Assembly (NCBI GenBank): GCA_021295775.1
Contig: JAGWBS010000003.1
Coordinates: 395-64,394, forward strand
DNA from: Pseudomonadota bacterium
GTDB lineage: Bacteria; Myxococcota_A; UBA9160; SZUA-336
Length of the DNA stretch: 64,000 nucleotides
Direction of reading: 5' to 3'
In this document: piece after piece, positions 48,088 through 57,275 of the stretch
How positions within the stretch are numbered: position 1 is the stretch's first letter
Layout: each line of letters opens with the position of its first letter
Position numbers and translations under genes: made by a program
The notes under the pieces: model-generated
Database searches by the model: none
What the model was told of the DNA's origin: nothing
The model's input: only the letters and a program-made list of their open reading frames with translations

Positions 48088-49683
48088 TCACTCCTCGGGC
48101 GGGGTCCGCTCGAGCCGCAGCAGCAGGGCCAGGCGGGCCGGTTCCGGGCCGCGCAGCGCCACCAGCGCCCCCAGGTAGACGGCGGCCCCGGCCGCCACGT
48201 GCAGCGCTAGCAGAGCCAGTCCCCGCAGCGAGGCCACCTCGCCCACGGGCAGGGCGTGCGCCAGGCCCAGGACGGCCGCGGCCATCGCCGCCGACGCCAG
48301 CGCGATCCGCGCCGCGCCCTCCAGGTCGGCGCGGTCCAGCGCCGCGCCGTGGCGCGCGCGGGCGCGCGCCATCACGTAGAGCGCGTTGACCCCCGCGGCC
48401 AGCGAGCTGGCCAGCGCCAGCCCGGCGAAGCCCAGGTCGGCCACCACCCAGCGATGCTGCAGCTCGACGAACCACCCCGGCAGCGCTCCGTGCGGCAGCG
48501 GTCCGATCAGCGCCAGGGAGGCGAGCGCGTTGGCGGCCAGACTGGCGACGGCCGCCCGCGCGCCGGTCCGGGTGTCCTCGTGGGCGATGCACAGGTTCAC
48601 GAACAGACGCGACAGGGCGATCGGCACCAGACCGAGCGCATACAGCCACAGCGCCAGCGAGCAGGCTTCGACGGCGTCGCGGGTGAAGACCTGCGGATTC
48701 CAGCGGAACAGCGCGGTGAAGATCTCCTCGCGCAGCGCGATCAGGCCGACCGTGGAGGGGACCGCGAGAGCCAGCGACAGGCTCAACGTGCCGGAGAACG
48801 CGGCCCGCAGTCCGTCGCGGTCGCCCCGCTTGGCCAGGCGCGAGAACGACGGCAGGCTGGCCGTTCCCAGCGCCAGCACGAACAGCCCCAGCGGCAGCTC
48901 CAGCATGCGGTCCGCGTAGTACAGGTACGAGACCGCGCCATCGCCCTGGAACGAGGCCAGGAAGCGGTTGACCAGCAGATTGAGCTGAAAGACCGAAGCG
49001 CCCAGAACCGCCGGCCCCATCAGGCGGCCCAGGCGCTCCAGCGCCGGGTGCCGGGGGTCCCAGAGCGGCCGGGGAGAGAGCCCCAGGCGCCGCAGCGGCC
49101 CGATCTGCAGCGCCGCCTGGGCCACGCCCGCCGCCAGTACGCCCCAGCCCAGCGCGATCGCCGGAACGCCCAGCCAGGCGGCGCCGGCGAAGGCGGCCGC
49201 GATCAGCGCCAGGTTCAGCAGCACCGGCGCGATCGCGGGCGTCAGGAAATGCCCCGCGGCGTTGAGCGCGCCCATCGCGACCGACAGCAGGATCATGAAC
49301 AGGATGTAGGGGAAGCACAGCCGCAGCAGATCGACCGTGAGTTCGTGCTTGCCGGGCGAGCTCGCGAAGCCCGGAGCGAAAAGGCTCACCAGCGGGTCGG
49401 CCAGCGCCACGCCGGCCAGCGTGATCCCGACCCCGACGGCCGCGGACAGCGTCCAGGTGGCGTTGAAGGCCCGCCGGGCCTCGTCGCGGGAGCGCCGCAG
49501 CCAGCCGGTGAAGACCGGCACGAAGGCGGTCGTGAGCGAACCTTCGCCCACCAGCCGGCGCAGCAGGTTGGGCAGCATGAAGGCCAGGAAGAAGGCGTCG
49601 GTGACCGACCGGGCGAAAAGGTTGGCCAGGACGGTGTCCCGCAGCAGTCCCAGCACCCGGCTGGCGAGGGTCGCCGCGCCCAC
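48088..49683 (-). CDS. murJ: lipid II flippase MurJ (MviN)
   Basis: Motifs are GAATLASRVLGLLRDTVLANLFA...DAFFLAFMLPNLLRRL, with 14-TM-like hydrophobicity. The start is either GTG 49683 or ATG 49773. The latter would share CATG with the rpsT start and would cover the candidate rpsT promoter. Confidence 0.85.
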   Translation of the reverse strand: MGAATLASRVLGLLRDTVLANLFARSVTDAFFLAFMLPNLLRRLVGEGSLTTAFVPVFTGWLRRSRDEARRAFNATWTLSAAVGVGITLAGVALADPLVSLFAPGFASSPGKHELTVDLLRLCFPYILFMILLSVAMGALNAAGHFLTPAIAPVLLNLALIAAAFAGAAWLGVPAIALGWGVLAAGVAQAALQIGPLRRLGLSPRPLWDPRHPALERLGRLMGPAVLGASVFQLNLLVNRFLASFQGDGAVSYLYYADRMLELPLGLFVLALGTASLPSFSRLAKRGDRDGLRAAFSGTLSLSLALAVPSTVGLIALREEIFTALFRWNPQVFTRDAVEACSLALWLYALGLVPIALSRLFVNLCIAHEDTRTGARAAVASLAANALASLALIGPLPHGALPGWFVELQHRWVVADLGFAGLALASSLAAGVNALYVMARARARHGAALDRADLEGAARIALASAAMAAAVLGLAHALPVGEVASLRGLALLALHVAAGAAVYLGALVALRGPEPARLALLLRLERTPPEE

Positions 49684-49721
49684 CAGACCGGCCCGCTGGG
49701 CGACCGGTTCCGCGGATTCCG

Positions 49722-49750
49722 TTGACAGCGGCGCCCCCCCGGGGTATCCA
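49722..49750 (+). promoter_or_regulatory. candidate promoter for rpsT (TTGACA-N17-TATCCA)
   Basis: A consensus -35 TTGACA lies at 49722-49727. After a 17-nt spacer, TATCCA lies at 49745-49750. GGAGGA at 49762-49767 follows, then ATG 49772. The call rests on hexamer similarity only. Confidence 0.35.
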
Positions 49751-49771
49751 CCGCCTGCTCCGGAGGAATTC

Positions 49772-50035
49772 ATGGCGAACCACCGCTCGGCCGAAAAGCG
49801 CCACCGACAGTCGCTGAAGCGCGCAGCGCGCAACCAGCACTGGCGCGCGACCTGCCGAAACGCTGTACGGCGGGCCCGCAGGGCTGCCGAGGAAAAGGCC
49901 GAGGACGGCGCCGAGCTGTGCTCGCAGGCCGAGCGCGTGCTGCGCAAGGCCAGCTCCAAGGGCGTTTTCCATCCCCGGACCGTGTCGCGGACGGTCTCCC
50001 GCCTGCGGCGGACGCTGCGCGCCCACGGCGCCTGA
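49772..50035 (+). CDS. rpsT: 30S ribosomal protein S20
   Basis: The sequence is MANHRSAEKRHRQSLKRAARNQHWRATCRNAVRRARRA... (87 aa). A strong SD lies upstream. It forms the C-terminal part of track ORF 49337..50035. Confidence 0.9.
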   Translation: MANHRSAEKRHRQSLKRAARNQHWRATCRNAVRRARRAAEEKAEDGAELCSQAERVLRKASSKGVFHPRTVSRTVSRLRRTLRAHGA

Positions 50036-50050
50036 AGCCGCCCTCGCCCC

Positions 50051-51048
50051 TCACCCGCAGACGGCCAGCACCAGCCGCTCGATCGCCAGCCGCGCCTCCA
50101 GGGGCACGGCGCCCTTGAGCGCCTCGTCGGTGCGGCGCACCGCGGCCAGGCACTGCCTCAGCCGCCGGGGACTGAAGCTCTTGGCCTGCTCGGCCAGCTT
50201 GCGCGCCGCGAACGGGTGCAGGCCCAGGCGTTCCTGCACCACCGAAGCCTGCAGCGGCTGGCATTCCCGGGCGCGGATCAGGCGGCGGAAGTGGTTGCCC
50301 AACGCCCCCAGCAGGGCCAGCGGAGACGCGCCCTGGTTCAGCAGCAGGCCCAGCGTCTGGAGCGCCGCGGGGAGTCGGCGCTGTCCGATCTGGTCGGTCA
50401 GTTCGTAAAGCGCGAGCGGGCGAAGCTGCCCCGTGACCGCGGACACGTCGTCGGCGCCCACCGTCGCCGACTCCCCGGCGTACAGCACAGCTTTTCGACT
50501 TCCAGCGCGAGCTGGTCCACGTCCGCCCCGACCAGTTCCACCAGCGCGGCGGCCGCCCCACGCTCGGCCCGCAGGCCGACCGACTTCAGTCTCTGCTCCA
50601 CCCAGGCGCGCAGCTCCGCCGGGCGCCGCGGACCCGAGCAGTCGATGCGCTCGCCGGCCGCAATCACCTGCTTGACCCACTTCAGCCGCCGGTCGGCCTT
50701 GGCCAGCTCCAGCACCAGGCAGGTCGTCGGCGAGGGATCCTCCAGGTAGGCCGGCAGGTCCTGCTCCAGAAAGCGCGCCGCCTTGCGGTCCGCCAGGCCG
50801 CGCACGTACACCAGCCGTCCGGGGGCCATCACCGGATGGGTGCGCGCGGCGGCCAGCACCCGGGACGCGTCGGCGCCGGCGGCCGCCAGGTCGAAGCGGT
50901 CTTCGTTGAAGTCGCGCGGCCCGTCGCCCAGGATGCGCTCGCGCAGCTCGGCCAGGGCCGCCTCGCACAGCGTCGCCTCGGCTCCCTCGATCAGCGCGAC
51001 GGGCGGGAAACCCGCCCCGCCGGCCTCAGAAGCGCTGGAAGAGGCCAT
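50051..51048 (-). CDS. holA: DNA polymerase III delta subunit, reading frame broken by a -1 shift near 50491-50495
   Basis: The N-terminal part is track ORF 50398..51048 (...PVALIEGAEATLCEAALAELRERI...VDQLALEVEK). The C-terminal part is the 3' end of ORF 50051..50968 (AVLYAGESATVGADDVSAVTGQLRPLALYELTDQIG...). The total of 998 nt is 333 codons minus 1 nt. Confidence 0.75.
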
Positions 51049-51535
51049 CGTGGATGCGCTCCGCGATCCGCGCGGACAGCCGGCGCAGCGCCTGCTGCTT
51101 GTTGCTCTCGTAGACCTGCGGATCGGGGCTGGAGCGGAACTTCTCCGACACGCGCAGGTCCGGCTGCTCCCACAGGCTGCGGCCCTCCGCCGGATGGCCC
51201 ACGGAAACCCGCAGCGAGACGCGAACTTCGTCCTCGACCGAGAACTCGACCGACGAGAAGACGGCGCTGCGGACCCGCACCTCGCGGATCGATCCGCTCA
51301 GGACCAGGTCCGCCCCGCCCGGGCCGAGCAGCGGCCGCAGCGCGCCGCGCCGCGAGAACTCTTCTTCCAGGGAGTCGGCCAGCATCTGCTCGTAGCCGGG
51401 CTCCGCGCTGCGGTTTTCGAAGGCGCGGATCTCGATGCTGGCGACCTCGGGTCCGAAGACCGCGCGTTCGTCGACCAGGCGGTAGCCGCATCCGCCGATT
51501 GCCAGAACGACCGCGATCCAGACCCCGGCGCGCAT
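51026..51535 (-). CDS. lptE: LPS assembly lipoprotein LptE
   Basis: The lipobox is VVLAIGG-C, followed by CGYRLVDE. The protein is 169 aa. It sits immediately upstream of holA, as in the E. coli lptE-holA arrangement. Confidence 0.7.
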   Translation of the reverse strand: MRAGVWIAVVLAIGGCGYRLVDERAVFGPEVASIEIRAFENRSAEPGYEQMLADSLEEEFSRRGALRPLLGPGGADLVLSGSIREVRVRSAVFSSVEFSVEDEVRVSLRVSVGHPAEGRSLWEQPDLRVSEKFRSSPDPQVYESNKQQALRRLSARIAERIHDGLFQRF

Positions 51536-52891
51536 TCAGAAGTACCGTAGCTGGACCATCATCTGGCGCTCGAGGCGCGGGATGGCCGATCGCAGGGCGA
51601 AGATCACCACGTGGTCGCCGACTTCGATCACGTCGGCTCCGGAGGCGATGCGCACTTCGTCGCCGCGCACGATCGCCCCGACCACCGCGTCCTTGAACTG
51701 GGCCTCGGCCAGTGGCTTGCCGACGATCTCGGAGGTCTCGAGGGCCACGACTTCGAGCGCCTCGGCGGCCTGCTCCCCGACCGAGCTCACCGACACCACC
51801 TTGCCCTTGCGGATGAAGTGCAGGATCGCGGAGACGGCCGCCAGGTTGGGGCTGACCACCGCATCCACGCCGATGGCGGAGATCAGCGAGGCGTAGCTGA
51901 GCTGGTTGACCAGGGCCAGCACGCGGAACGCGCCGAAGCTCTTGGCCAGCAGGGCCGCCAGGATGTTGTCCTCGTCGTCGTCGGTCAGCGCCAGGAACGC
52001 GTCGGTCTGGTCGATGTTCTCCTCGCGCAGCAGCTCCGGATCCGTGCCGCTGCCGTTGAGGACCAGACTGGGGCCCAGCCGCTCCGCGATGTACTGGCAG
52101 CGCGCCGGGTCGGGCTCGATGATCTTGGGGGCGATCTCCTCGGCCTCGAGCAGCTTGGCCAGGTAGTAGCCGACGTTGCCGCCCCCGCTGATCACGATCC
52201 GGCGCGCCTCCTGGGCGCGCTTGTCCAGAAGCTCGGCCACGGCCGTCAGTCCGGCCGGCGCGGCGGCGGCGTAGATCAGGTCGCCCAGGCGCAGTTCGGC
52301 CTGGCCGCCCGGAATCAGCATCTGGCCGTCGCGCGAGATCGCCACGATGTTGCACTCGATGCCGCGCTCGCTCTTCAGCTCGCGCAGCGGCATGCCGACC
52401 GCCTCGCAGGGCTGGTCGATGGCGAAGGTCGCGACCTGCACCCGCCCCTCCGCGAAGTCGTGGATCCCGACCGCGCCCGGAACGCGCAGCGTCTTGAGCG
52501 CCGTGTGGGCCGCTTCCTCCTCGGGATTGATGTTCAGGTCGAGCGGGTCCTTGCCGAAGATCCCGGGAATCGCCTCGGCCAGGTCCGGGTCGCGCACGCG
52601 CGCGATCTTGGTCGGGATCACCGACTCGGCCGCCGCCGCCATGCACGAGACCACGTTGACCTCGTCCGAGTCGGTCACGGCGATGATCATCTCTGCGTCG
52701 TCCAGGCCCGCGCGGCGCAGCACGGCCGGATTGGAGCCGTTGCCGTGCACGACCTGAACGTCGGCGGCCTCGCGCAACTGCGCGACGCGCGCCTCGCTCG
52801 CCTCGACCACGACCACATCCTGGCCTTCCCAGGCCAGGCGTTCGGCGAGGGTCCCGCCGATGTCGCCGCCGCCTACGATCAGGATGCTCAC
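51536..52891 (-). CDS. trkA: Trk system potassium uptake protein TrkA (two RCK/NAD-binding modules)
   Basis: The start is GTG 52891. Motifs are ILIVGGGDIGGTLA and IVISGGGNVGYYLA, each followed by a TrkA-C-like domain. Confidence 0.85.
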   Translation of the reverse strand: MSILIVGGGDIGGTLAERLAWEGQDVVVVEASEARVAQLREAADVQVVHGNGSNPAVLRRAGLDDAEMIIAVTDSDEVNVVSCMAAAAESVIPTKIARVRDPDLAEAIPGIFGKDPLDLNINPEEEAAHTALKTLRVPGAVGIHDFAEGRVQVATFAIDQPCEAVGMPLRELKSERGIECNIVAISRDGQMLIPGGQAELRLGDLIYAAAAPAGLTAVAELLDKRAQEARRIVISGGGNVGYYLAKLLEAEEIAPKIIEPDPARCQYIAERLGPSLVLNGSGTDPELLREENIDQTDAFLALTDDDEDNILAALLAKSFGAFRVLALVNQLSYASLISAIGVDAVVSPNLAAVSAILHFIRKGKVVSVSSVGEQAAEALEVVALETSEIVGKPLAEAQFKDAVVGAIVRGDEVRIASGADVIEVGDHVVIFALRSAIPRLERQMMVQLRYF

Positions 52892-52937
52892 GCGCCGGCA
52901 GTATAGGCAACCCCCGCCGGGCCGCGCCGGGCTCCGG

Positions 52938-53525
52938 CTAGCCCGATAGAGCGGCCAGCTCGGATTCGTTTCTCCGCACCACCACTTCGACCTCGGCCTC
53001 GTGGGCGAACTGCTCCAGCTCGACCAGGGCCCCGCGCAGCGCCTTTCCGATCCTCTCCGCCCCGGGCAGGCGGATCCGCAGCACCGAGTCCTCGGGAGAC
53101 AGACGCAGACCGTCGATCAGGCCGCGCAGCAGACTGACCGAGTCCAGCGCGTAGTCCACGCTCTCGCAGGCGGCGATCAGGCCGGAACTGCTGCGCAGCG
53201 AGATCAAGCGGCTCACCGCGCTGTGCATGGCCCGCAGCAGCGGCCGGCCCTCTTCGATGTCGAGCTTCCGGCGGGCGCCGACCCCGACCATCAGCACGCG
53301 GTAGGCGTACAGCGGGAGGTCCGCGGGAACCAGCACCGCCTCGCCCGACTCGCCCGAGGCGTAGCCCAGGCGGAGCAGTTCGGAGAGCTGCCCGTCCAGG
53401 CGCCAGTCGATGCGCGCGGCGTCGCCGCGCAGCGGCCGCTCGTCGGTCGGCACCAGCACCACGACCGTCTCGCTCGGCACCTCGGTGACCTCGTCGGCAA
53501 ACAGAGACAGCTCCAGCCGCCTCAT
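52938..53525 (-). CDS. hypothetical protein, resembles the stand-alone N-terminal (macro-like) domain of M17 leucyl aminopeptidases
   Basis: ATG 53525 overlaps the nusB stop as ATGA. The sequence is MRRLELSLFADEVTEVPSETVVVLVPTDERPLRGDAARIDWRLDGQLSELLRLGYASGESGEAVLVPA...YRVLMVGVG. It is 195 aa and has no catalytic domain. The function call is weak. Confidence 0.5.
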   Translation of the reverse strand: MRRLELSLFADEVTEVPSETVVVLVPTDERPLRGDAARIDWRLDGQLSELLRLGYASGESGEAVLVPADLPLYAYRVLMVGVGARRKLDIEEGRPLLRAMHSAVSRLISLRSSSGLIAACESVDYALDSVSLLRGLIDGLRLSPEDSVLRIRLPGAERIGKALRGALVELEQFAHEAEVEVVVRRNESELAALSG

Positions 53526-53959
53526 GGCGCCTCTCCCCTGTGGCTGCGCCAGAGTTCGTCCAGCACGCCGTTGACGAAGGCCGGCGATCTCTCCCCGGCG
53601 TAGCGGCGGGCGATCTCGACCGCTTCGTCGATCGCGACCTCGGGCGGCGTGTCGGTGCCGCACATCAGCTCGTAGGCGGCCACCCGCAGCACGTTGCGGT
53701 CCACGCTCGCCAGCCGGGGCACTTTCCAGTGCGCGCTGGCGCGGGAGATCGCGCCGTCGATCCGCTCCAGGTTCCGCGCCACGCCCTCGCACAGCTCGGC
53801 CGCCCGGTCGCGGGCGGCCCGAGGCAGCGAGAACTCGGCCGCGACCTGTTCGAAGACGCGGCCCACCTCGTCCGGCCCGAGATCCCCGACCGCGTCCGCC
53901 GCGTACAGCACCTGCAGCGCCGCCTCGCGCGAGCGCCGCCGCGGTCCGGGCACCCCCAC
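53522..53959 (-). CDS. nusB: transcription antitermination factor NusB
   Basis: GTG 53959 lies 2 nt after the ribH stop. Motifs are REAALQVLYA, NVLRVAAYEL and FVNGVLD. Confidence 0.85.
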   Translation of the reverse strand: MGVPGPRRRSREAALQVLYAADAVGDLGPDEVGRVFEQVAAEFSLPRAARDRAAELCEGVARNLERIDGAISRASAHWKVPRLASVDRNVLRVAAYELMCGTDTPPEVAIDEAVEIARRYAGERSPAFVNGVLDELWRSHRGEAP

Positions 53960-53961
53960 CG

Positions 53962-54438
53962 TCAGGCGTCCCGCCGCAGCCGCGACGTCAGGCTCGACAT
54001 CTCCACCGCGACCTCCGCCGCCTCGATGCCCTTGTTCGAGCCGGGCTCGCCGGGCTTGGCGGCGCGTTCCAGGGCCTGCTCGACGGTCTCGACGGTCAGC
54101 ACGCAGAAGGCGATCGGCAGGCCGCACTCCAGGCCGACCTGGCGCACGCCGTCGGTGACGCCCTGACAGACGTAATCGAAGTGGGGCGTGTCGCCGCGCA
54201 CCACCGCGCCGACCGCGACCAGCGCGTCGTAGGCGCCCGAGCGCGCCGCCTGCTGCGCCGCCAGCGGAATCTCGAAGGCGCCGGGAACCCACATCACGTC
54301 CAGCGACTCGCAGCCGAGCTCGCCCAGACGCTCGGCGCAGCCGTCGACCAGCCGGCGCGTGATCAGATGGTTGAAGCGCGCCGCGACGATCCCGATGCGC
54401 AGCCCGCCCGCGTCGAGCGTGGTCTCGATGGTTCGCAT
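53962..54438 (-). CDS. ribH: 6,7-dimethyl-8-ribityllumazine synthase
   Basis: The start is ATG 54438. Motifs are LRIGIVAARFNHLITRRLVDG, VPGAFEIP and VRGDTPHFDYV. The protein is 158 aa. Confidence 0.9.
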   Translation of the reverse strand: MRTIETTLDAGGLRIGIVAARFNHLITRRLVDGCAERLGELGCESLDVMWVPGAFEIPLAAQQAARSGAYDALVAVGAVVRGDTPHFDYVCQGVTDGVRQVGLECGLPIAFCVLTVETVEQALERAAKPGEPGSNKGIEAAEVAVEMSSLTSRLRRDA

Positions 54439-54440
54439 TT

Positions 54441-55568
54441 TCACACTTCCGCGACGACCAGCCAGTCCGCCCCCAGACGGCGCGTCCGCACGCGCCCCAG
54501 CCGAACCGCGTCGGCCAGGGCCCCGACGCCCAGGACGTCCAGCGCGGGAGCGCCGTCCGCTCCAATGAGTAACGGAGCGGTGAAGAAATGCACCCGGTCG
54601 ACCAGCTTCGCGCGCAGCAGCGCCGCGGCCAGCCCGCCTCCGCCCTCGACCAGCAGATCGCACACGCCCAGCCGCGCGAGCCGGCGCCAGGCCGCCGCCA
54701 GGTTCAGGTGCCCGTCGCGCGCGCCGACATCGATCAGGCGCGCTCCCGCGCGCTCCAGGCCCGCCCGGCGCCGCCGGGGGGCGTCGCGCGAGGTCAGGAT
54801 CCAGGCGGGCTCCGACCCTTGCTCCGGGAGGAGCAGCCGCGCCGTGCGGGGCGTGCGCGCGCGCGAATCGACCACGATGCGCCGCGGGCGGTGAACCACC
54901 CGACCGGCGCGGCGTGCGCTCAGCTCGGGATCGTCGGCGAGCACGGTCCCGGACCCGACCGCGATCGCGTCGACGCGGCCGCGCAGCCGGTGCACCTCGG
55001 CCCGCGCCTCGGGTCCGGTGATCCAGCGCGATGCGCCGCTGCGGGTGGCGATGCGCCCGTCCAGGCTCGCCGCAAGTTTGAGGCTGGTGAAGGGCCGGCC
55101 GCGCTCCAGGCGCGAAACGAAACCCCGGTTGAGATCGCGGCAGGCTTCGGCCTCGACGCCGACCGCGACTTCGATGCCCGCGCGGCGCAGTCGGGCGATG
55201 CCCCGGCCCGCGGTGCGCGGATCCGGATCGCGCATGCCGACGACCACCCGCCGGGGCCGCGCCTCCAGCACCGCGTCGACGCACGGCGGGGTCCGCCCCC
55301 GATGGGCGCAGGGCTCCAGCGTCACGTACAGCGTGGCCCCGCGCGCGGCGCGGCCGGCGCGCTCCAGGGCGAGGGCCTCGGCGTGCGCCTCGCCCGCCCG
55401 GCGGTGATACCCCGAGGCCAGGCGCCGGTCTCCGCGCACCACCAGCGCGCCCACCAGCGGGTTGGGAGCGGTGCGCCCCCGAGCCCGGGCCGCCAGACCC
55501 AGCGCCTCTCGCATCCAGCGCGCGTCCGCGGGGAGGACGCCGCGCCCGGGCTTAGGATTCGATCGCAT
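54441..55568 (-). CDS. ribD: bifunctional riboflavin biosynthesis protein RibD (deaminase/reductase)
   Basis: The zinc-deaminase motifs are HAEALAL and LEPCAHRGRTPPC. A reductase domain follows (SLDGRIA...LLVEGGGGL). The start is ATG 55568 or 55592. Confidence 0.9.
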   Translation of the reverse strand: MRSNPKPGRGVLPADARWMREALGLAARARGRTAPNPLVGALVVRGDRRLASGYHRRAGEAHAEALALERAGRAARGATLYVTLEPCAHRGRTPPCVDAVLEARPRRVVVGMRDPDPRTAGRGIARLRRAGIEVAVGVEAEACRDLNRGFVSRLERGRPFTSLKLAASLDGRIATRSGASRWITGPEARAEVHRLRGRVDAIAVGSGTVLADDPELSARRAGRVVHRPRRIVVDSRARTPRTARLLLPEQGSEPAWILTSRDAPRRRRAGLERAGARLIDVGARDGHLNLAAAWRRLARLGVCDLLVEGGGGLAAALLRAKLVDRVHFFTAPLLIGADGAPALDVLGVGALADAVRLGRVRTRRLGADWLVVAEV

Positions 55569-56001
55569 CGAGCGCGTCCCGGAACTCCTCAATGGTCTTG
55601 AAGTTCATGTAGACCGAGGCGAAGCGCAGCCAGGCCACCGGGTCGAGCTCCCGCAGCTCCCTCAGCAGCTCCTCCCCGATGGCGGTCGCCTGGAACTCGC
55701 GCGCGCCGCTCTCCAGCACGACACTCTCGACCCGGCTCGCGCAGTCCTCGATCTCGTCGCTGCTGACCGGCCGCTTCTCGCAGGCCTTGCGCAGCCCCCG
55801 GAGCAGCTTGTCGCGGTCGTAGGGCTCGCGCCGGCCGTCGCGCTTGACCACCTGCGGCAGCAGGCCCTCGATCCGCTCGTAGGTCGTGAAGCGGCGCCCG
55901 CACTCCGAGCACTCGCGCCGGCGGCGCTTGACCGGCGCGTCGCGCTGGTTGCGCGCGTCGACCACCTTGGTGTCGGAGTGGCCGCAGACCGGGCAGCGCA
56001 T
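55552..56001 (-). CDS. nrdR: transcriptional repressor NrdR
   Basis: MRCPVCGHSDTKVVDARN...CSECGRRFTTYE is a zinc ribbon, followed by an ATP-cone. The protein is 149 aa and is hidden in track ORF 55552..57399. Confidence 0.9.
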   Translation of the reverse strand: MRCPVCGHSDTKVVDARNQRDAPVKRRRRECSECGRRFTTYERIEGLLPQVVKRDGRREPYDRDKLLRGLRKACEKRPVSSDEIEDCASRVESVVLESGAREFQATAIGEELLRELRELDPVAWLRFASVYMNFKTIEEFRDALDAIES

Positions 56002-56012
56002 CGGCCGCCGTC

Positions 56013-57257
56013 CTAGGCGGGCGCAGCGTACGGCAGGGGGAAGCGTCCGCCGAGTTCGGCGACGCCGCCGCGGATGCGTTCGATCTGCGCCTCGTCGCCG
56101 GGATTTTCCAGGATGTCGGCGATCCAGCCGCCGATCTGCCGCATCTCCGCGGTGCCCATCTCGCGGGTCGTCACCGCCGGCGTTCCGATCCGCAGCCCGC
56201 TGGTCACCCAAGGGGTGCGCTTCTCGCCCGGCACCGTGCTCTTGGACGTGGCGATGCCCGCCCGGTCCAGCGTCCGCTGCGCCTGCAGTCCGGTCAGCTC
56301 GAGGTCGCCGAAGTCGAGCACGAACAGGTGGTTGTCGGTGCCCCCGGAAACGATCCGGAAGCCGCGTTCGAGCAACGTCTCGGCCATGCTCCGGGCGTTG
56401 GCGACGATGCTCTCGGCGTAGCGCTTGAACTCGGGCCGGGACGCCTCCTCGAAGGCCACGGCCTTGGCCGCGATCACGTGCTCGAGCGGCCCGCCCTGCG
56501 TCTGCGGGAAGACCGCCCGGTCGATGTCCTTGGCGAACTCCTGGTCGCACAGGATCAGCCCGGCGCGCGGGCCGCGCAGCGTCTTGTGGGTGGTGGTCGC
56601 GACCACCTGGGCCGATCCCGTCGGCGTCGGGTGCACGCCCGCCGCGACCAGCCCCGCGATGTGCGCGATGTCGGCGAAGAGCACCGCCTCCACCTCCCGG
56701 GCGATCTCGGCGAAGGCGGCGAAGTCGAGCGTGCGCGAGTACGCGCTGGCGCCGGTCTGGATCAGCTTGGGCCGGTGTTCGCGGGCGAGCTCGCGCACCT
56801 GGTCGAAGTCGATCACCTCGCTGTCCGGGTGCACGCCGTAGTGCACGAACTCGAAGAAGCGCCCCGAGAAATTGACCGGCGAGCCGTGGGTGAGATGCCC
56901 GCCGTGCGACAGGTCCATGCCCAGGATGGTGTCGCCGGGCTCGAGCAGCCCGAAGTACACCGCCATGTTGGCGCCCGAGCCCGAGTGCGGCTGCACGTTG
57001 GCGTGCTCGCTGCCGAAAAGCCCCTTGGCGCGGTCGATGGCGATCTGCTCGACCACGTCGATGTACTCGCAGCCGCCGTAGTAGCGCCGCCCCGGGTAGC
57101 CCTCGGCGTACTTGTTGGTCAGCGGGCTGCCCATCGCCTCGAGCACGGCCTGAGAGGTGAAGTTCTCGCTGGCGATCAGCTCCACGCCGCTCTGCTGGCG
57201 CTCGATCTCGAGCGCGATGGCCTCGGCGATCTGGGGATCGGTCTGGCGCAGCGTCAA
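56013..57257 (-). CDS. glyA: serine hydroxymethyltransferase
   Basis: The start is TTG 57257. Motifs are [21 protein letters not shown] and [11 protein letters not shown] (the PLP lysine). Confidence 0.95.
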   Translation of the reverse strand: MTLRQTDPQIAEAIALEIERQQSGVELIASENFTSQAVLEAMGSPLTNKYAEGYPGRRYYGGCEYIDVVEQIAIDRAKGLFGSEHANVQPHSGSGANMAVYFGLLEPGDTILGMDLSHGGHLTHGSPVNFSGRFFEFVHYGVHPDSEVIDFDQVRELAREHRPKLIQTGASAYSRTLDFAAFAEIAREVEAVLFADIAHIAGLVAAGVHPTPTGSAQVVATTTHKTLRGPRAGLILCDQEFAKDIDRAVFPQTQGGPLEHVIAAKAVAFEEASRPEFKRYAESIVANARSMAETLLERGFRIVSGGTDNHLFVLDFGDLELTGLQAQRTLDRAGIATSKSTVPGEKRTPWVTSGLRIGTPAVTTREMGTAEMRQIGGWIADILENPGDEAQIERIRGGVAELGGRFPLPYAAPA

Positions 57258-57275
57258 TTCGGGCCTCCCGTCGGT

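Noticed and set aside
53962-56001. A riboflavin operon 'missing' ribE and ribBA between ribD and ribH.
   Set aside because: The order nrdR-ribD-ribH-nusB is the same as in E. coli, so this is a normal arrangement.
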